NCBI RefSeq assembly: GCF_000143415.4
Contig: NW_003314295.1
Span: 1,172,997-1,220,420, forward strand
Reading direction: 5' to 3'
Length of the DNA stretch: 47,424 bases
From: Selaginella moellendorffii
Lineage: Eukaryota; Plantae; Lycopodiophyta
The notes below the pieces were generated by a model. The model worked only from the letters and a program-made list of their open reading frames with translations, was not told the origin of the DNA and ran no database searches. The translations under genes and the position numbers were made by a program. Numbering within the stretch: position 1 is the stretch's first letter; each line of letters begins with the position of its first letter. Below are positions 34,390 through 46,764 of the stretch, in pieces.

Positions 34390-36946
34390 TTATTATGATA
34401 ATTAATTTGTTATGATCTATTCCTGCTTTTGTATTAGTTTCTTATTACGTGTATTTTTTTTTAATTATCTGTATGTATCCTTCTTTCTCCATTATTGTTT
34501 GAAATGGTTTTGCTTCTTCTTTTTGATAGTTAATATTAAAACCTCCTGTAATTATTATTGGATTTTTATTATCTATTTTAAATATATTTTTGTAGTTGTT
34601 TTGTGAATATTTGTATATTTGTTACAGGTTTTCTATGTAAATTTATTATCTGTAATTGTTTTTTTATTTTTTTCTAGTGATGTATATGACATTGCCATTG
34701 TTTCTGTTTTTAAATGTTCTACTTTTTTCTATTTATAGCTATTTGTATGCAATATTGCTATATGTGGGGGCCATTCATGTATATATGATTTATATTTATT
34801 AAAATATAAATCCTCATGTTTTTGTGTTTTTACTTCTTGCATATATATTATATCTGATGTTATTAATTGTGAATCACTCTTTATATCTTCTTGATGTGTG
34901 GTAATAGATGTTGTGTTTGAAACTTGTATAAAAGTTTGGTTAGCTGTTTTTTTCTTCTTGTAAATATATTAAATCAATTTGCCATGGTGCTTCTATTGTC
35001 ATTTGTATTATTTCTTTACCTGCATCTTTATTGATTTTAATATGTTTATATTCAATTGGTCTATATAAATGTATACCTTTTAGTGTTTGTGCTCTTGATA
35101 ATGTTGTATATGCTTGTCCTGGAGGCTTTACTTATAACATAAAACAATTTAGTACTATTTATTATTCTTGTTTTTTATTGGTGTCTAGTTTTTTTCATTA
35201 TTTTAGTATTATATTTTCTTTAGCTCTTGTTTTTCACCTGTTTCTATATTTTGGAATTCTATCCATATTATTTGTTTTTCTTCAATCTGGGTTACATATT
35301 GTAATACTCCATTTGCTCCATTTACTAATGCATCTTCTGTTGCTATATTTTGTGTTATTTCAATTGCCATTTTCCTTTTAAAATGTAATATTTTATGTAG
35401 TCCTTGTGTTTTTCTTGTGTCATCTAATAACCTGAAATGTGTAGCACAAGAATTTCCATGGTTGTCTTGTGCTTCTATAATTATATCTATACTTTGTATG
35501 TGTTGTGTTATGTTCACTTACTTGTTCATTAGTTTCAAATGTATGGAAACATCATTTTCAGGTCTATATATTTTTGTTGCATAAATTGATGTTTCAAATG
35601 TAAGATTTAATTGATAAAAATAACCTATAAAAATACAATCCATCCCACCAAAATCTATTCCATATGTTGTTTTGAAACTTTCACATCTTCTATTTATATA
35701 TTGTAGCATTTCTATACTTACCATTAATATTTCATCTATTACTAAGAATTTTATTGTTGAAAATTTTCTCCTATATTTATCTAATGTGTCACTTGTTAAT
35801 ACTGTTTGACGTTGTTATTATATTTTCTTTAGCTTTTGTTTTTCACCTGTTTTTATATTTGGGACATGCAAAAGCTGAATGTATTGTTGAACCATTTATA
35901 TTACAAGTTAGTTTTCTTGTAGGTGTTGTTATTAATATTTTTTGTCCTTGGTTTATTATTTATATCTTGGTTTGTTTTATAATATTGTTTGAGTGTTTCT
36001 ATAATTGTATTCAAAAGCATTGATTTTACAGTTCCTGCTCCTCCTGTTAAAAATAAGCATAACTGTTTTTTAAGTTTTTAAATTTTTTTTAATATGAAGT
36101 CATCATATATTAGTCTTTGCTTTTTATTTAGAGTTCTTAATAATTGACGGTATTTACTAATCTCCATTAGGTAATCATCTTGTATTGTAATTGTTGTATT
36201 TGTTAATAATATATCTTTAAAATTAAAACTATTTTATTGTTATATTTCATTTTGAATAAATCTTTCCCAATATCAAATTCATCTGTTTGATTTGTATTTA
36301 TTTCTTGTATATATTATGCTTGTTCTTTTAATATTTTATTTTCTTCTTGTTCTGGGTTCTCCCAATGAATTTTATTCTCATTTGTTACTTTTTTATATAT
36401 GTATTTGTATTGTTTTTCATCTATTTGTTCTATCATATGCATTTATGTTATGTTTTTCTTTGCTAAAGTTTATAAATTTTATTATAGTTTTTGTTTTACG
36501 TTGTTACTTCCTTTTCAATTATATATTCAGCTGTTATCTTTATTAATGTTAAGTCTTCTAATTCTTCTAATGTTTGCATATATTTTTAATTAGTTCTAGT
36601 ACTGCTATATTTGCACCATATTCTTGCATTCTTGCAAGATCTTGCTTCATTTTTTTAACATTTTGTTCATTGTTCTTGTGGTTGGTATCAATGAACTTTA
36701 TAGTTTTAAACATGTGATGAAATGGGATTGACAATATTTAAAAAAATGTTTATTGAATTGGCATTTCTTTACCAAGTATGAAGTTATTTCTTAATAACCA
36801 AACTTTGTTAAATACATCTATTCCTTATTCTTGACACTTTTTTTATACAGTTGAAATAGCAAATGTCTTTGTTATTTCTATTTCAATACATGCAATATAT
36901 GATAAAGAATATGCTGACGCTACATATGGATTAGGAATTATTTGTA
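34390..36946 (-). mobile_element. Degenerate Helentron-type rolling-circle element: Rep C-terminus, PIF1 helicase, APE-type endonuclease (pseudogenised)
   Basis: Minus-strand remnants in order: (I)QIIPNPYVASAYSLSYIA (~36945-36890), LFLTGGAGTVKS Walker A (~36055-36021), VIDEILMVS, FGGMDCIFIGYFYQL, QAYTTLSRAQTLKG (~35120), then SNTTSITTHQEDI...DIIYMQE, INLHRKP, IIITGGFN and GIDH endonuclease-like motifs (~34930-34410). Confidence 0.75.
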
Positions 36947-37619
36947 CTAGTAAGGATCCCAGCTCCACTGGGAGTAATAGAGAATAATTTCAATTTGTAA
37001 AAATGTAATTGTAATTGTAACTGTTCAATCTATTTATTTAATGTACTTTAAGTACAATAAAATATAATAATGTTTAAAAATATAGATTTAAAACTCACTG
37101 AAACTATATACATAATATAAATTTTAAAAATATAAATTGTTTTATGGAGTTTAGCATATCATTAACATTAATTCTGTATATGTTTTTATATAGAGAAAAT
37201 GCTTATTCATTCATTTAACTCTTATCCATTCAACTCTTATATTTTAAGTTATGAAATATATCAATTTCTATAGTCACTACTTTATTTACTTTTTAACTTT
37301 ATAATATATTTTTTATTGTATCTACTATATATGATCTTTGTACAACAAAATTGTGTTTTATTTTACTATCAAATCAATCAAATACTCTTTGTTCTATAAA
37401 GGTTTAATTCTATAGATCAAAGAGTATGCTGAAATATCTGCTGGGAGATATAGCAGGCCAAAGACAAATAAATCTTCTCTTGTAATTTTACAATGTTAGA
37501 AATTTTATTGTATACAAGGTTCCTCACCTAAGCAAACTAAGAAAGGTTTTATCACCAAAATTGTGATAATATCGTCATCCAGTTTATGAGGTTTATAATG
37601 TGTTCATATGAAGCTCATT

Positions 37620-38412
37620 TTCCACATCTTTTAGCATTTTAAATGCCTTTGCATATGGATTAATTTCTCGTAATAAAGCATCTAATTCATTCATCAATTC
37701 TGTGTCACACTTACTGTTATATTTATTTTTCATTCTTGTTTCTGTAGCTTCTAGTGTGTCTAAATATAAAGCTGAGAATATTTTGCATCATGACCTTGCT
37801 TAGGACGAAAACTACCAATTGAATGGTATACTTGTCCATGAATTTTGAAATAATATGGTCCATTGCCAATCATTTCATCAATATTTGCCCCCATAGATGC
37901 AAATGCCAAAGTCGAATTAATTCTTTAAATTTTCCTCGTTAGTCTGTTCCATCTAATAATTTATGAATCAGTTCAGGGAACTCAATTTGTTTTCCTATAG
38001 GCACACATCCACCATGACAGCATTGTGATTGTGTTTCTGTAGCAAAAAGAAAAGCTTTACAATAGTCACAATGTTTATCCATGACTCCAATATAATTTGC
38101 TTTACATTTACCGTCTATGTTGTTTTGCAAGAGTCCTAAATATTTAGTATTTTCCATGCTTTCTGTTCCATTTCTAGGATTTACTTCATTAACAGGTAGG
38201 GTAATAAATTCAACAGTGTTTATAAAAGTGTTTTCTATGGATATCAATCTTGGAATTGTTGGGGGTTCTTCAAAGGATACTAGGTTTCTCACACTTCCAT
38301 CCATGCTTTTATTCATATATAGAGATGAATTCAAGCTTGCTGAACTTCTTTTTATTATACAGCCTTCATGTAAAATTAGATCACATGTTTTCCTCTTTCT
38401 TTTGCCACCCAT
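37620..38412 (-). pseudogene. Helitron RepHel N-terminal fragment
   Basis: MDKHCDYCKAFLF.....QCCHGG zinc-binding motif followed (after a stop/frameshift) by NSTLAFASMGA...GPYYFKIHGQVYHSIGSFRP and LLREINPYAKAFK, typical of canonical Helitron N-termini. Confidence 0.8.
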
Positions 38413-38961
38413 TGATCTATAGGAGATTTTACAATCTCTTTTAGAAATAGAAACTTAGACAGCGTGTGCAGGCTCTAGATGGTGAAAATAAGTAAATAGA
38501 CAAATAGCCAGACCACAAGAAAATAGAAACACACTGAATGTTGCCCTTAGGACTTTCTAATTATCTCTCAGAGAACACAGAAACAAAATTACCTCTTGAC
38601 AAATGCATAAGGCAACCTAATTGTGTAGTCCTTTTTTCTATGATTCGAAACAGCTTTTCTTAACCTATTTAGTTACACTCTCAAAAAGTTTACCACAGCT
38701 TTTTAAGGTAATATTGTGACATTGTAATAATCTTATCTAATATTGTGATAAGTGATTAGAGGAAATAACATCCCCTTCAACCACGACATCAGAAATGTGA
38801 CAATTTGTTTGATTCTAACATACAGTTGCCATCATAGTCCCATAAACTAAGAGGCAATGTGATCCCAGAGCCAGCCAACGTAGATCCTAGGCTCTGCCCT
38901 TGATGCTTATGGCAATCTGCTGCAATTGGAAGGAAAAGAGAAAAAAACTCAGTTAAAACTG

Positions 38962-39345
38962 GATCTTACAAGTACAAAACAAAACAAAGAAAAATGCTAC
39001 CTGTACACTGGTTTGGAGAGCTTGATCAACGTATTTTAGTGGTTGTTTCTCCATTTGAAGAGTTCCCCTGCAGGATAAAAGTTTATTGCTAAGCAAACAT
39101 GAGTCGCAATCTGCAAGGAAAAGGTCAATTTAGAAAGCAAGATCAATCCCCTAGATCTTACAAGTACAAAACAAAAAAAAGAGAAAAATGCTACCTGTAC
39201 ACTGGTTTGGAGAGCTTGATCAACGAATTTTAGTGGTTGTTTCTCCATTTGAAGAGTTCCCTTGCAGGATAAAAGTCTATTGCTAAGCAAACATGAGTAA
39301 CAATCTGTAAGGAAAAAGTCAATTTAGAAAGCGAGATCAATCCCC
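38962..39345. repeat. Tandem duplication, ~192-bp unit
   Basis: gatcttacaagtacaaaac...gatcaatcccc begins at 38962 and again at 39154. Confidence 0.9.
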
Positions 39346-39497
39346 GAATCTCTCTTTCAGCACATGCACAATTAACCTATTCAAAAGATCAGTGCAAGTT
39401 TTAAGTCAGAAATATCACATTGTTTCTGCTGATTATGAAGCTCTTATCTGTGCTCTTCATGGCAAAATACTGGCAGGAACCTTTCAACTCTACTAAA

Positions 39498-41310
39498 TGT
39501 ACACTTGCATCACAAAAAGGCTTTTTAATCCCATATATAAGAAACGACTATGAAAAAACTCACCTTCTTGTGTTACCAAAACCAAGAGATTTGACTGGCC
39601 GAAAATGGTGGAGTCAGTTTCTCGCTACTAGTTTGAATCTGCATTTAAAACAAGCAAGAAAACTGGAGAAGTCATCAGACTAAACATGAGCTCATGAATC
39701 TTTCTAATAGCATCCCAAGAGTTTAGATAAACGATTTTAGAGTGTTTAGCCCAAAGTCGTTGGTTGTCTGGACACGAACAAAAGAAAAAAAATCTTGAAC
39801 TCCCAAACAGCCCTCTGTTACTCGCTCCTGCACAACAAGAATCAAGTTAGCCACAGAGATCAAGAGAAATGAGAGATCATCTTAAAACCTAGATCCATAT
39901 GTATGCTGGGAATCTTGTTGCAAGCCCTTGGCATGACAGGATAAGAGATCCAGGAGCACCAGGCAGTCTCTTCATTGCTTGATCATATATGAGCTGCCCA
40001 AGCACGTACTCCTTGTTGTACATAAAAAGAGGCAGTAAAATATGCACATGTAAAGAAGCACTGAGAATATGCATACATTTGAACCAGGTCTGCAGCTGCA
40101 TCATGTCTTGACAACACTGTCACCTCCAAACCTCACTGCATATCTCTGGCCTAAAGAAATCGTCAACAAGAACAACACAAGAAAGAGAAAACGTAACATA
40201 AAATTCACAGTCTCTTGATCTTCCAAAGTCATATCAAACAATGACATGACCACTGAGTGGGTATAAATATTTTTCCTTTGACAAGACTGTATGACACACA
40301 CAACATGGCGAACAGGAGGGATTGTACACTTGCATCACAAAAAGGCTTTTTAATCCCATATATAAGAAACGACTATGAAAAAACTTGCCTTCCTGTGTCA
40401 CCAAAATCAAGAGATTTGATAGGCTGAAAATGGTGGAGTCAGTTTCTCGCCACTAATTTGAATCTGCATTTAAAACAAACAAGAAAACTGGAGAAGTCAT
40501 TAGACTAAACATAGGCTTATGAACCTTTCTAATAGCATCCTGAGAGTTTAGATAAACGACTTTAGAGTGTTTAGCCCAAAGGTCATTAGTTATCTGGACA
40601 CGAATAAAAGAAAAAAAATCTTGAACTCCCAAACAGCCCTCTGTTACTCGCTCTTGTGCAACAAAAACCAAGTTAGCCTCAGAGATCAAGAGAAATGAGA
40701 GATCAGCAATATGCACACTGGGAATCTTGTTGCAAGCCCTTGGTGTGACAAGGTGAGAAATCCGGGAGCATCAGCCAGTGGGGAAGTTGTCACGGAGCTG
40801 GAGATCGTGTTCTTCAAACTGTCCACCATTGACCTGTGTGTGTGTTGCGAATGGTGATGAACAATCAACGATCCAGCCTTTTGCTTTTGCCACCAAAATC
40901 AAGAGATTTGACAGGCTGAAAATGGTGGAGTCAGTTTCTCGCCACTAATTTGAATCTGCATTTAAAACAAGCAAGAAAACTCGAGAAGTCATCAGACTAA
41001 ACATGCGCTCATGAATCTTTCTAATAGCATCCCAAGAGTTTAGATAAACAACTTTAGAGTGTTTAGCCCAAAGGTCATTGGTTGTCTGGACATGAGCAAA
41101 AGAAAAAAAATCTTGAACTCCCAACAGCCCTCTGTTACTCGCTCCTACGCAACAAAAACCAAGTTAGCATCAGAGATCAAGAGAAATGAGAGATTAGCCA
41201 TACGCACGCTAGGAATCTTGTCGCAAGCCCTTGGCGTGACAGGGTGAGAAATCCGGGAGCATCAGCCAGTGGGGAAGTCGTCATGGAGTTGGAGATCGTG
41301 TTCTTCAAAC
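39498..41310. repeat. Three diverged copies of a ~420-500-bp unit with minus-strand splice-like signals
   Basis: Copies at ~39498-39960, ~40323-40822 and ~40889-41310 share aaaatggtggagtcagtttctcgc...ttgaatctgcatttaaaaca...cagccctctgttactcgctc...gaatcttgt.gcaagcccttgg. Confidence 0.88.
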
Positions 41311-41634
41311 TGTTGAAGAGGTGTGAAAACTCCTCTTCGCTGGAAATTTATTGTTAGTAAGAAAACAAAAGAGAAAAGGGCCTAATCTCCAAGGGCTGAG
41401 AAGAAACACGAGTAAAAGAATGTTGTGTATTAATAAGAAAAATGATGGAATGGAAATAGGGATCCACAATTCGAATTCCCCCCTTTGAAAGGCTAGCGGT
41501 TCTAACTGCTAGTATATACTATATGCTGTGCATGATTTAATCTATGGCTCCGATGCAGCCCTGGGTTCAAAGTCAGAGTCCCCTGAGCCTGGGTTTTTGG
41601 TTGATACACTCTGCTCCCCTGACAGAACTAGACA
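41311..41634 (-). repeat. Putative 3' LTR (inner boundary uncertain)
   Basis: Outer end TG at 41311, defined by loss of similarity to repeat copy 2. Candidate inner end CA at 41633-41634 next to a short purine tract GAGGATGG on the minus strand (41635-41642). Confidence 0.5.
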
Positions 41635-41711
41635 CCATCCTCGGTTCGAACATAGTCAGTTTCCATCGCTTGTTGTTACTGTTGCTCAAGTCGATAGAAG
41701 CGACGTTTTTG

Positions 41712-43506
41712 CTACGGGAGTGTAAGCTCGTGGTTAGGGACACTGTCTGGTGGATCTGTTCCATCTTCCTGGAGGTCGGCTACCTCAGCCAGTAGGGCGG
41801 TATGATCATCCTTGAGCTTCCCGTAGCGGGTGTTGAGCTCTTCGTATTTGAATTTGTAGGTGAATTCGTGAGCTGCTGATGGGGTTGATGGCTGCTTGGA
41901 GACGATCTTCCTGATGTCCCGGAGGTCAGTGCGGATCTGCTTCATCTCTTCGAGCTGATTATCCAGCCGGTGGTTTAAAGGCTTATAGAATTCCTTCTTG
42001 ATCACTCCCCGGGTGTCTATGAAGGAGTCTTGCTTGAGAAGATACTATGCGATGTCGGCTGGTGTTGGGAAGTAGTTTGCTTGCTCGCGGTGCATGTGTT
42101 GATCGAGGGCTTCAAACAACTTGCGGGTGCAGTAGCTTGGGTTGCGAAGTTTATCTTCGTACTCCTTCCTGATCTCATCATAATCACGGCATACTTGACT
42201 CTGTGGCTGAGGCATGGCTGCTGCTCCTGCTCCTACTCCGTGATCTTGGTGTTTCTCGCTAGGGTTCACTGTGTTCTTGGTCCCGGGAGTTGAAGTTGCT
42301 GGAGGCTGAATCTGCTTCATTGGATGTGGGTGACGTGGTCGGGCCAGATTCTTTGAGGTGGTTGGAGATGAGCTTTTCAGTTGGATGGTGGATGAATGGC
42401 CCAGATGTGGCGCTGAAATTAATTTAAATTTTTCGCTTGGAATTTTGTTGAAGAGGCAGAATTTTTGTGAATGCTGGTCGTGGTATTTGCTGGAGGAGGC
42501 ATGGTTGCGTGTTCTTCAAGTGATTGGCGAAGGTAGTTAATATTTTCTTTTGTGGAATGTGTCGAGGAGGTCGGGGCGTTGAGAATGTTGTTCTCAGCTG
42601 GTGGAGAAATTGAGTTCTGGGCGAGCAGCTGACGTTTTCCTTTGGCGATGTTGATGTGTTTGTGAGANNNNNNNNNNNNNNNNNNNNNNNNNNNNNNNNN
42701 NNNNNNNNNNNNNNNNNNNNNNNNNNNNNNNNNNNNNNNNNNNNNNNNNNNNNNNNNNNNNNNNNNNGAGTTGAGCCTGATTGTTGAGATGCTAGCTTCG
42801 GTTTCTTGCTGGGAGTTGCTCCTTCTGATTCTGACTGTTCTTCGGAGCTGTCACTTTGTTCTGTGGAGTTTGTTTGGGTTGTCCACGGTTGTTTGTTGGG
42901 AAGAGCTTGGTGTAGAGCGATCAGCAGTGGGAATATTACTGTCCGCATGGTCTTCTTGTTGAGTGTGGCGAGGATGGCACGGTCGAGAAGCTTGAGAAGG
43001 AGCTCGTGGAGATGATGAGCCACGTTCACATGTTTGCCGTCGAGTAGAGCTCTGTAGACTTCTGCTGTGCGCTTGCTGATGGTGTGATCTGTTGGGCGAA
43101 GTTCGTAGTAGAGGAGGAGGGCTTTGAGGTGATCCATATGGTGCTCCTCGATGTCCTCCCATGTGAGCTCACCAGTAATTTCTCAATTGGCCTTGGTGAT
43201 TTGCTGTGGAACTTCTCCTGAAAATTTGAGCAGTCCCTTGTTGGAGATTTTGAAAACAGAGGTGATTCTTGCTGGGCTGAGGGTAATCTCATTGGTGCCG
43301 TCGGTTATGGTGCTGTTCTTGGGGTTGAAGGAGGCAGCCAGCTTCCTCACTAGTTTTTGATCAGGGTGTGTTGAAAAGGCCTTGTGGAGGAGCTCGAATC
43401 CATGGTCCTTGAGCCAGGTGGTTGTGTCGTTGCTGGGAAGCCTAGGAATATGGTGTATGACGTATCTGAGGCGCCGGGGTGGATGAGCTGGCATCTTTCT
43501 CTTCAT
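41712..43506 (-). pseudogene. Extra sense ORF downstream of integrase (plant-retrotransposon accessory ORF with C-terminal coiled coil), broken by stops and a gap
   Basis: Consecutive ORF pieces 43183-43506, 42424-43137, 42045-42320 and 41712-42005: LVRKLAASFN..TITDG..EITLSPARITSVFKISNKG, ALLDGKHVNVAHHL, PSKKPK, heptad-rich tail. Confidence 0.6.
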
Positions 43507-45781
43507 TTTCTGTGGTCGAAGTGCTCGCCCCGTTAGGGTTCTTGAAACCTGTAACTGTTGGTTGGCTGATCGTGTGGCGCTCGATTGCTGGTGATGAATG
43601 GTAGAGATTTGTTGACAGAATTGATGTGGTTTGATTTGGCTTGATTGCAGATCAATGGTGGATATTGCTGATGAAGTTAACTCAAGTTCAACTATTGATA
43701 TTTGCTCAGGTGGCGTTGATCCAACAGTAGCTTGGGACTTAAAGATTTTTGCTGCTGTTTGTTGCTGAAGTTGGTGTTGAGTTGAGTTGAGTTGTGTCGA
43801 ACTGATTTGAGTTAAAGTTTGTCTGCCGGGGTGATTGTCGATTGTTGGTTTTGGGGTGTTTGTTGGTTTGGGTCGGAAATTTGCTGAGGTGCTGATGCTG
43901 AATATGTCGACGTGATATGGTTGAAGCTTGTTGAGGTTGATGATCTCAGCGAAGTCTTCAGCAAGTGTGCTGACTTTGGCAGTGCTGTTGGGGTATAGTT
44001 CAATGATTTTGAAAGGTCCTTGCCAGTTGGTGTGGAGTTTTCGGCCAAGTTTGCCGATGGGTCCTCAGTACCAGAGAACATGATCGTCGATGCTGTATTT
44101 GGGAATGTTATGCCGGGGATGCTTGTCAGTCATGCCGAGCTTTTCTCTGTTTTTGGATGGCGTGAAGTNNNNNNNNNNNNNNNNNNNNNNNNNNNNNNNN
44201 NNNNNNNNNNNNNNNNNNNNNNNNNNNNNNNNNNNNNNNNNNNNNNNNNNNNNNNNNNNNNNNNNNNNAGAGGGCGTTGAGTCGGAGTTTGTCGAGATGT
44301 TCGAGTTGCTGAAGCCTTTCTCGAACTGCATGTTGCTGTTGCTTAAACTCAGAATAGGTTTGAGTCAGGTAAGTCGTCGGTAAGTCTTTGGGGTTTGTTG
44401 CCGGTGGTGATCGGGCTGAGATAACCTGCTTGCTCGTGATTTTTGCTGGGTTTGTGGACGATCTTGAAGTTGTATTCTTTTAGTAAAAGGAACCATCTTG
44501 ATATTGGCGCAGATAGTATCGGCTTGTTGATGAGGTAAAGGAGTGCCTTGTGGTCGACGAAAAGGATGACTTTGGTTGATAGTATGTAGTGTCAGAACTT
44601 TTGAAGTGAGTAGATCATGCCAAGAGCTTCTTTCTCGGTGGTGGTGTAATTTCGTTCAGCTGGGATGAGTAGTCGGCTGGCGTAGTAGATCGGTTGATCT
44701 CGGTTGTCGTGTTGAGTTTGGCTGAGAATTGCACCAGTGGCAATGTTGGAAGTGTCGACATGAATGTGGAACTCTTGTGTCCAATTGGGCTTGGAAAGGA
44801 TCGGTGCTATTGTTAGTTTGAGTCGGAGATTGTCAAATGCTTGTTGCTGTTCAAACGTCCATGTCCATTGGGCATCTTGCTTCAGTCCATCGGTGAGTGG
44901 TTTGGCAATGTGAGCGTACTTGTGGATGAATCGTCGGTGATATCCAACTTTGCTGAGGAAGCGCCGAAGTTCTTTCTGGTTCTTCGGCGGTTCGAGTTTG
45001 GAGATGACGTCGACTTTGTCCTTGTCGATGAGAATGCCGTCTTTGCAGACAACATGGCCAAGAAGTACTCCAGATTTGATGAAGAAAGCACATTTGTCGG
45101 GGTTGAGTGCTATGTTGTTCTCCTCGCACTTGTTGAGGCATTTCTCCAGGCATTCAAGATGTTGATCTTCCGAGCTGAAAACACTGAAGTCATCCATGAA
45201 GACTCTCATGAAGTTGGTGAGGTAGTCTTGGAAAGTGTTGGTGACGAGCCTTTGGAAGGTGAATGGGGCGTTGTAGAGTCCAAAAGGCATTCGCCAGTAA
45301 GCATAGGCTCCCCATGGATTGATGAATGCTGTCTTGTGCNNNNNNNNNNNNNNNNNNNNNNNNNNNNNNNNNNNNNNNNNNNNNNNNNNNNNNNNNNNNN
45401 NNNNNNNNNNNNNNNNNNNNNNNNNNNNNNNNNNNNNNNNNNNNNNNNNNNNNNNNNNNNNNNNNNNNNNNNNNNNNNNNNNNNNNNNNNNNNNNNNNNN
45501 NNNNNNNNNNNNNNNNNNNNNNNNNNNNNNNNNNNNNNNNNNNNNNNNNNNNNNNNNNNNNNNNNNNNNNNNNNNNNNNNNNNNNNNNNNNNNNNNNNNN
45601 NNNNNNNNNNNNNNNNNNNNNNNNNNNNNNNNNNNNNNNNNNNNNNNNNNNNNNNNNNNNNNNNNNNNNNNNNNNNNNNNNNNNNNNNNNNNNNNNNNNN
45701 NNNNNNNNNNNNNNNNNNNNNNNNNNNNNNNNNNNNNNNNNNNNNNNNNNNNNNNNNNNNNNNNNNNNNNNNNNNNNNNNN
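42668..45781. other. Three assembly gaps (42668-42767, 44169-44268, 45340-45781)
   Basis: Runs of N. Confidence 0.98.
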
Positions 45782-46764
45782 TCTCAAAAACTTGCCGAGA
45801 TGTCGGTGGCGAGTACAATGTAGTTTTCGTTGCTGTTGTCGGCAAGGCTGACTTTTTCAAGTTTTTGGTCAGCTGGAATTGACGGAATGTAGGCAAATTT
45901 GTTGTGGTTGTTGACTGTGAATGCCAGTGGCACTTCGAGTTTTGTATCTCGAGTGACTGGATTTTTCAGTGCTGATGTAATCGGGGGTCGTTCTCGTTGG
46001 AAGTCGGCAACAATTTGGAAGAGGTCGATCTCGGCCAAAGGTTCAAGATTGGGGTAGGCTTTGAGAATTTGTTGTTCTTCATAGTCGTCGAGGCCATCTT
46101 CGAGATTATATTCTTCCAAGTCAATAGGTCGATTGTGGCTGGACAGCGATTTGGTCGCTTTTGTCGACACAGTTGTCGGTCCGTCTGGTCCGCGAAGGAT
46201 AAGATTGTCATTGGGCCAATCTTGATAAACTTGGGCAGTTCGGAGCCAAGGTTGACCGAGGAGAATTGAGTATACGTCGGTCTGCTCCGGTAGTTTGAGA
46301 ACAACATAGTTGACTGGTATTTCGACGCCTTGAATGGTGGTGTTGACTTTTTGGATGATGCCTTTGGGTTGAACAGATCGGTGGTCGGCCATTCGGACAT
46401 TGAAAGGTGCTGGGTGAACTGGGCCGATGTTGAGTTGTTGAACAAGACTTTCTTCAATAATATTAATGCTGGAGCTGCCGTCAATTATGGCTCCTCGAAC
46501 AAGATGTTTGTTGAGTTGTAGGTCGATTGTCGGAACATCATTGTCACAATCGCCTGGTTGAATCTTGGTTTGAAATGTGTCAACAACTGTCTGTGTCGAG
46601 TTGAGTGTGGGCGAGTCTGTCAAAGTGTTGGTTGGTGCAGATGTCAGATCGGTGAGCTGTTTGGTAAGGTAGGGTGCAATCTTCAGCAATTGGCCGATGG
46701 TGATCTGAATATTTTGGTTGAGGATAGTCTCTGCTATTGCTTGGATTTTGTCAAAGTTTGCCAA
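43910..46764 (-). pseudogene. Gypsy pol (protease, RT, RNase H, integrase end) with assembly gaps and an in-frame stop
   Basis: AIIDGSSSINII and ILLGQPWL (protease); KTAF..PWGAY....MPFGL.NAP.TFQR and FMDDF (RT); HVDTS and NYTTTEKEALGMIY, F*HY, VDHKAL (RNase H); WQGPFKI (GPF motif, ~44020). Confidence 0.9.

Larger units (their letters stand above)
36947..41310 (-). mobile_element. Canonical Helitron (internally deleted); 3' end at 36947; 5' end not seen (cut by the Gypsy insertion)
   Basis: Minus strand reads TCCCAG-TGGAG-CTGGGA hairpin, 6 nt, CTAG, then T. RepHel N-terminal remnant at 37620-38412. Including 38450-41310 in the element is an inference. Confidence 0.65.

Noticed and set aside
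34412-36593. Hydrophobic F/L/I/Y-rich plus-strand ORFs resembling membrane proteins
   Set aside because: Antisense translations of A-rich Helentron coding remnants.
44020-45896. ORFs spanning X runs
   Set aside because: Their lengths are artefacts of N gaps; only the flanking pol motifs are informative.
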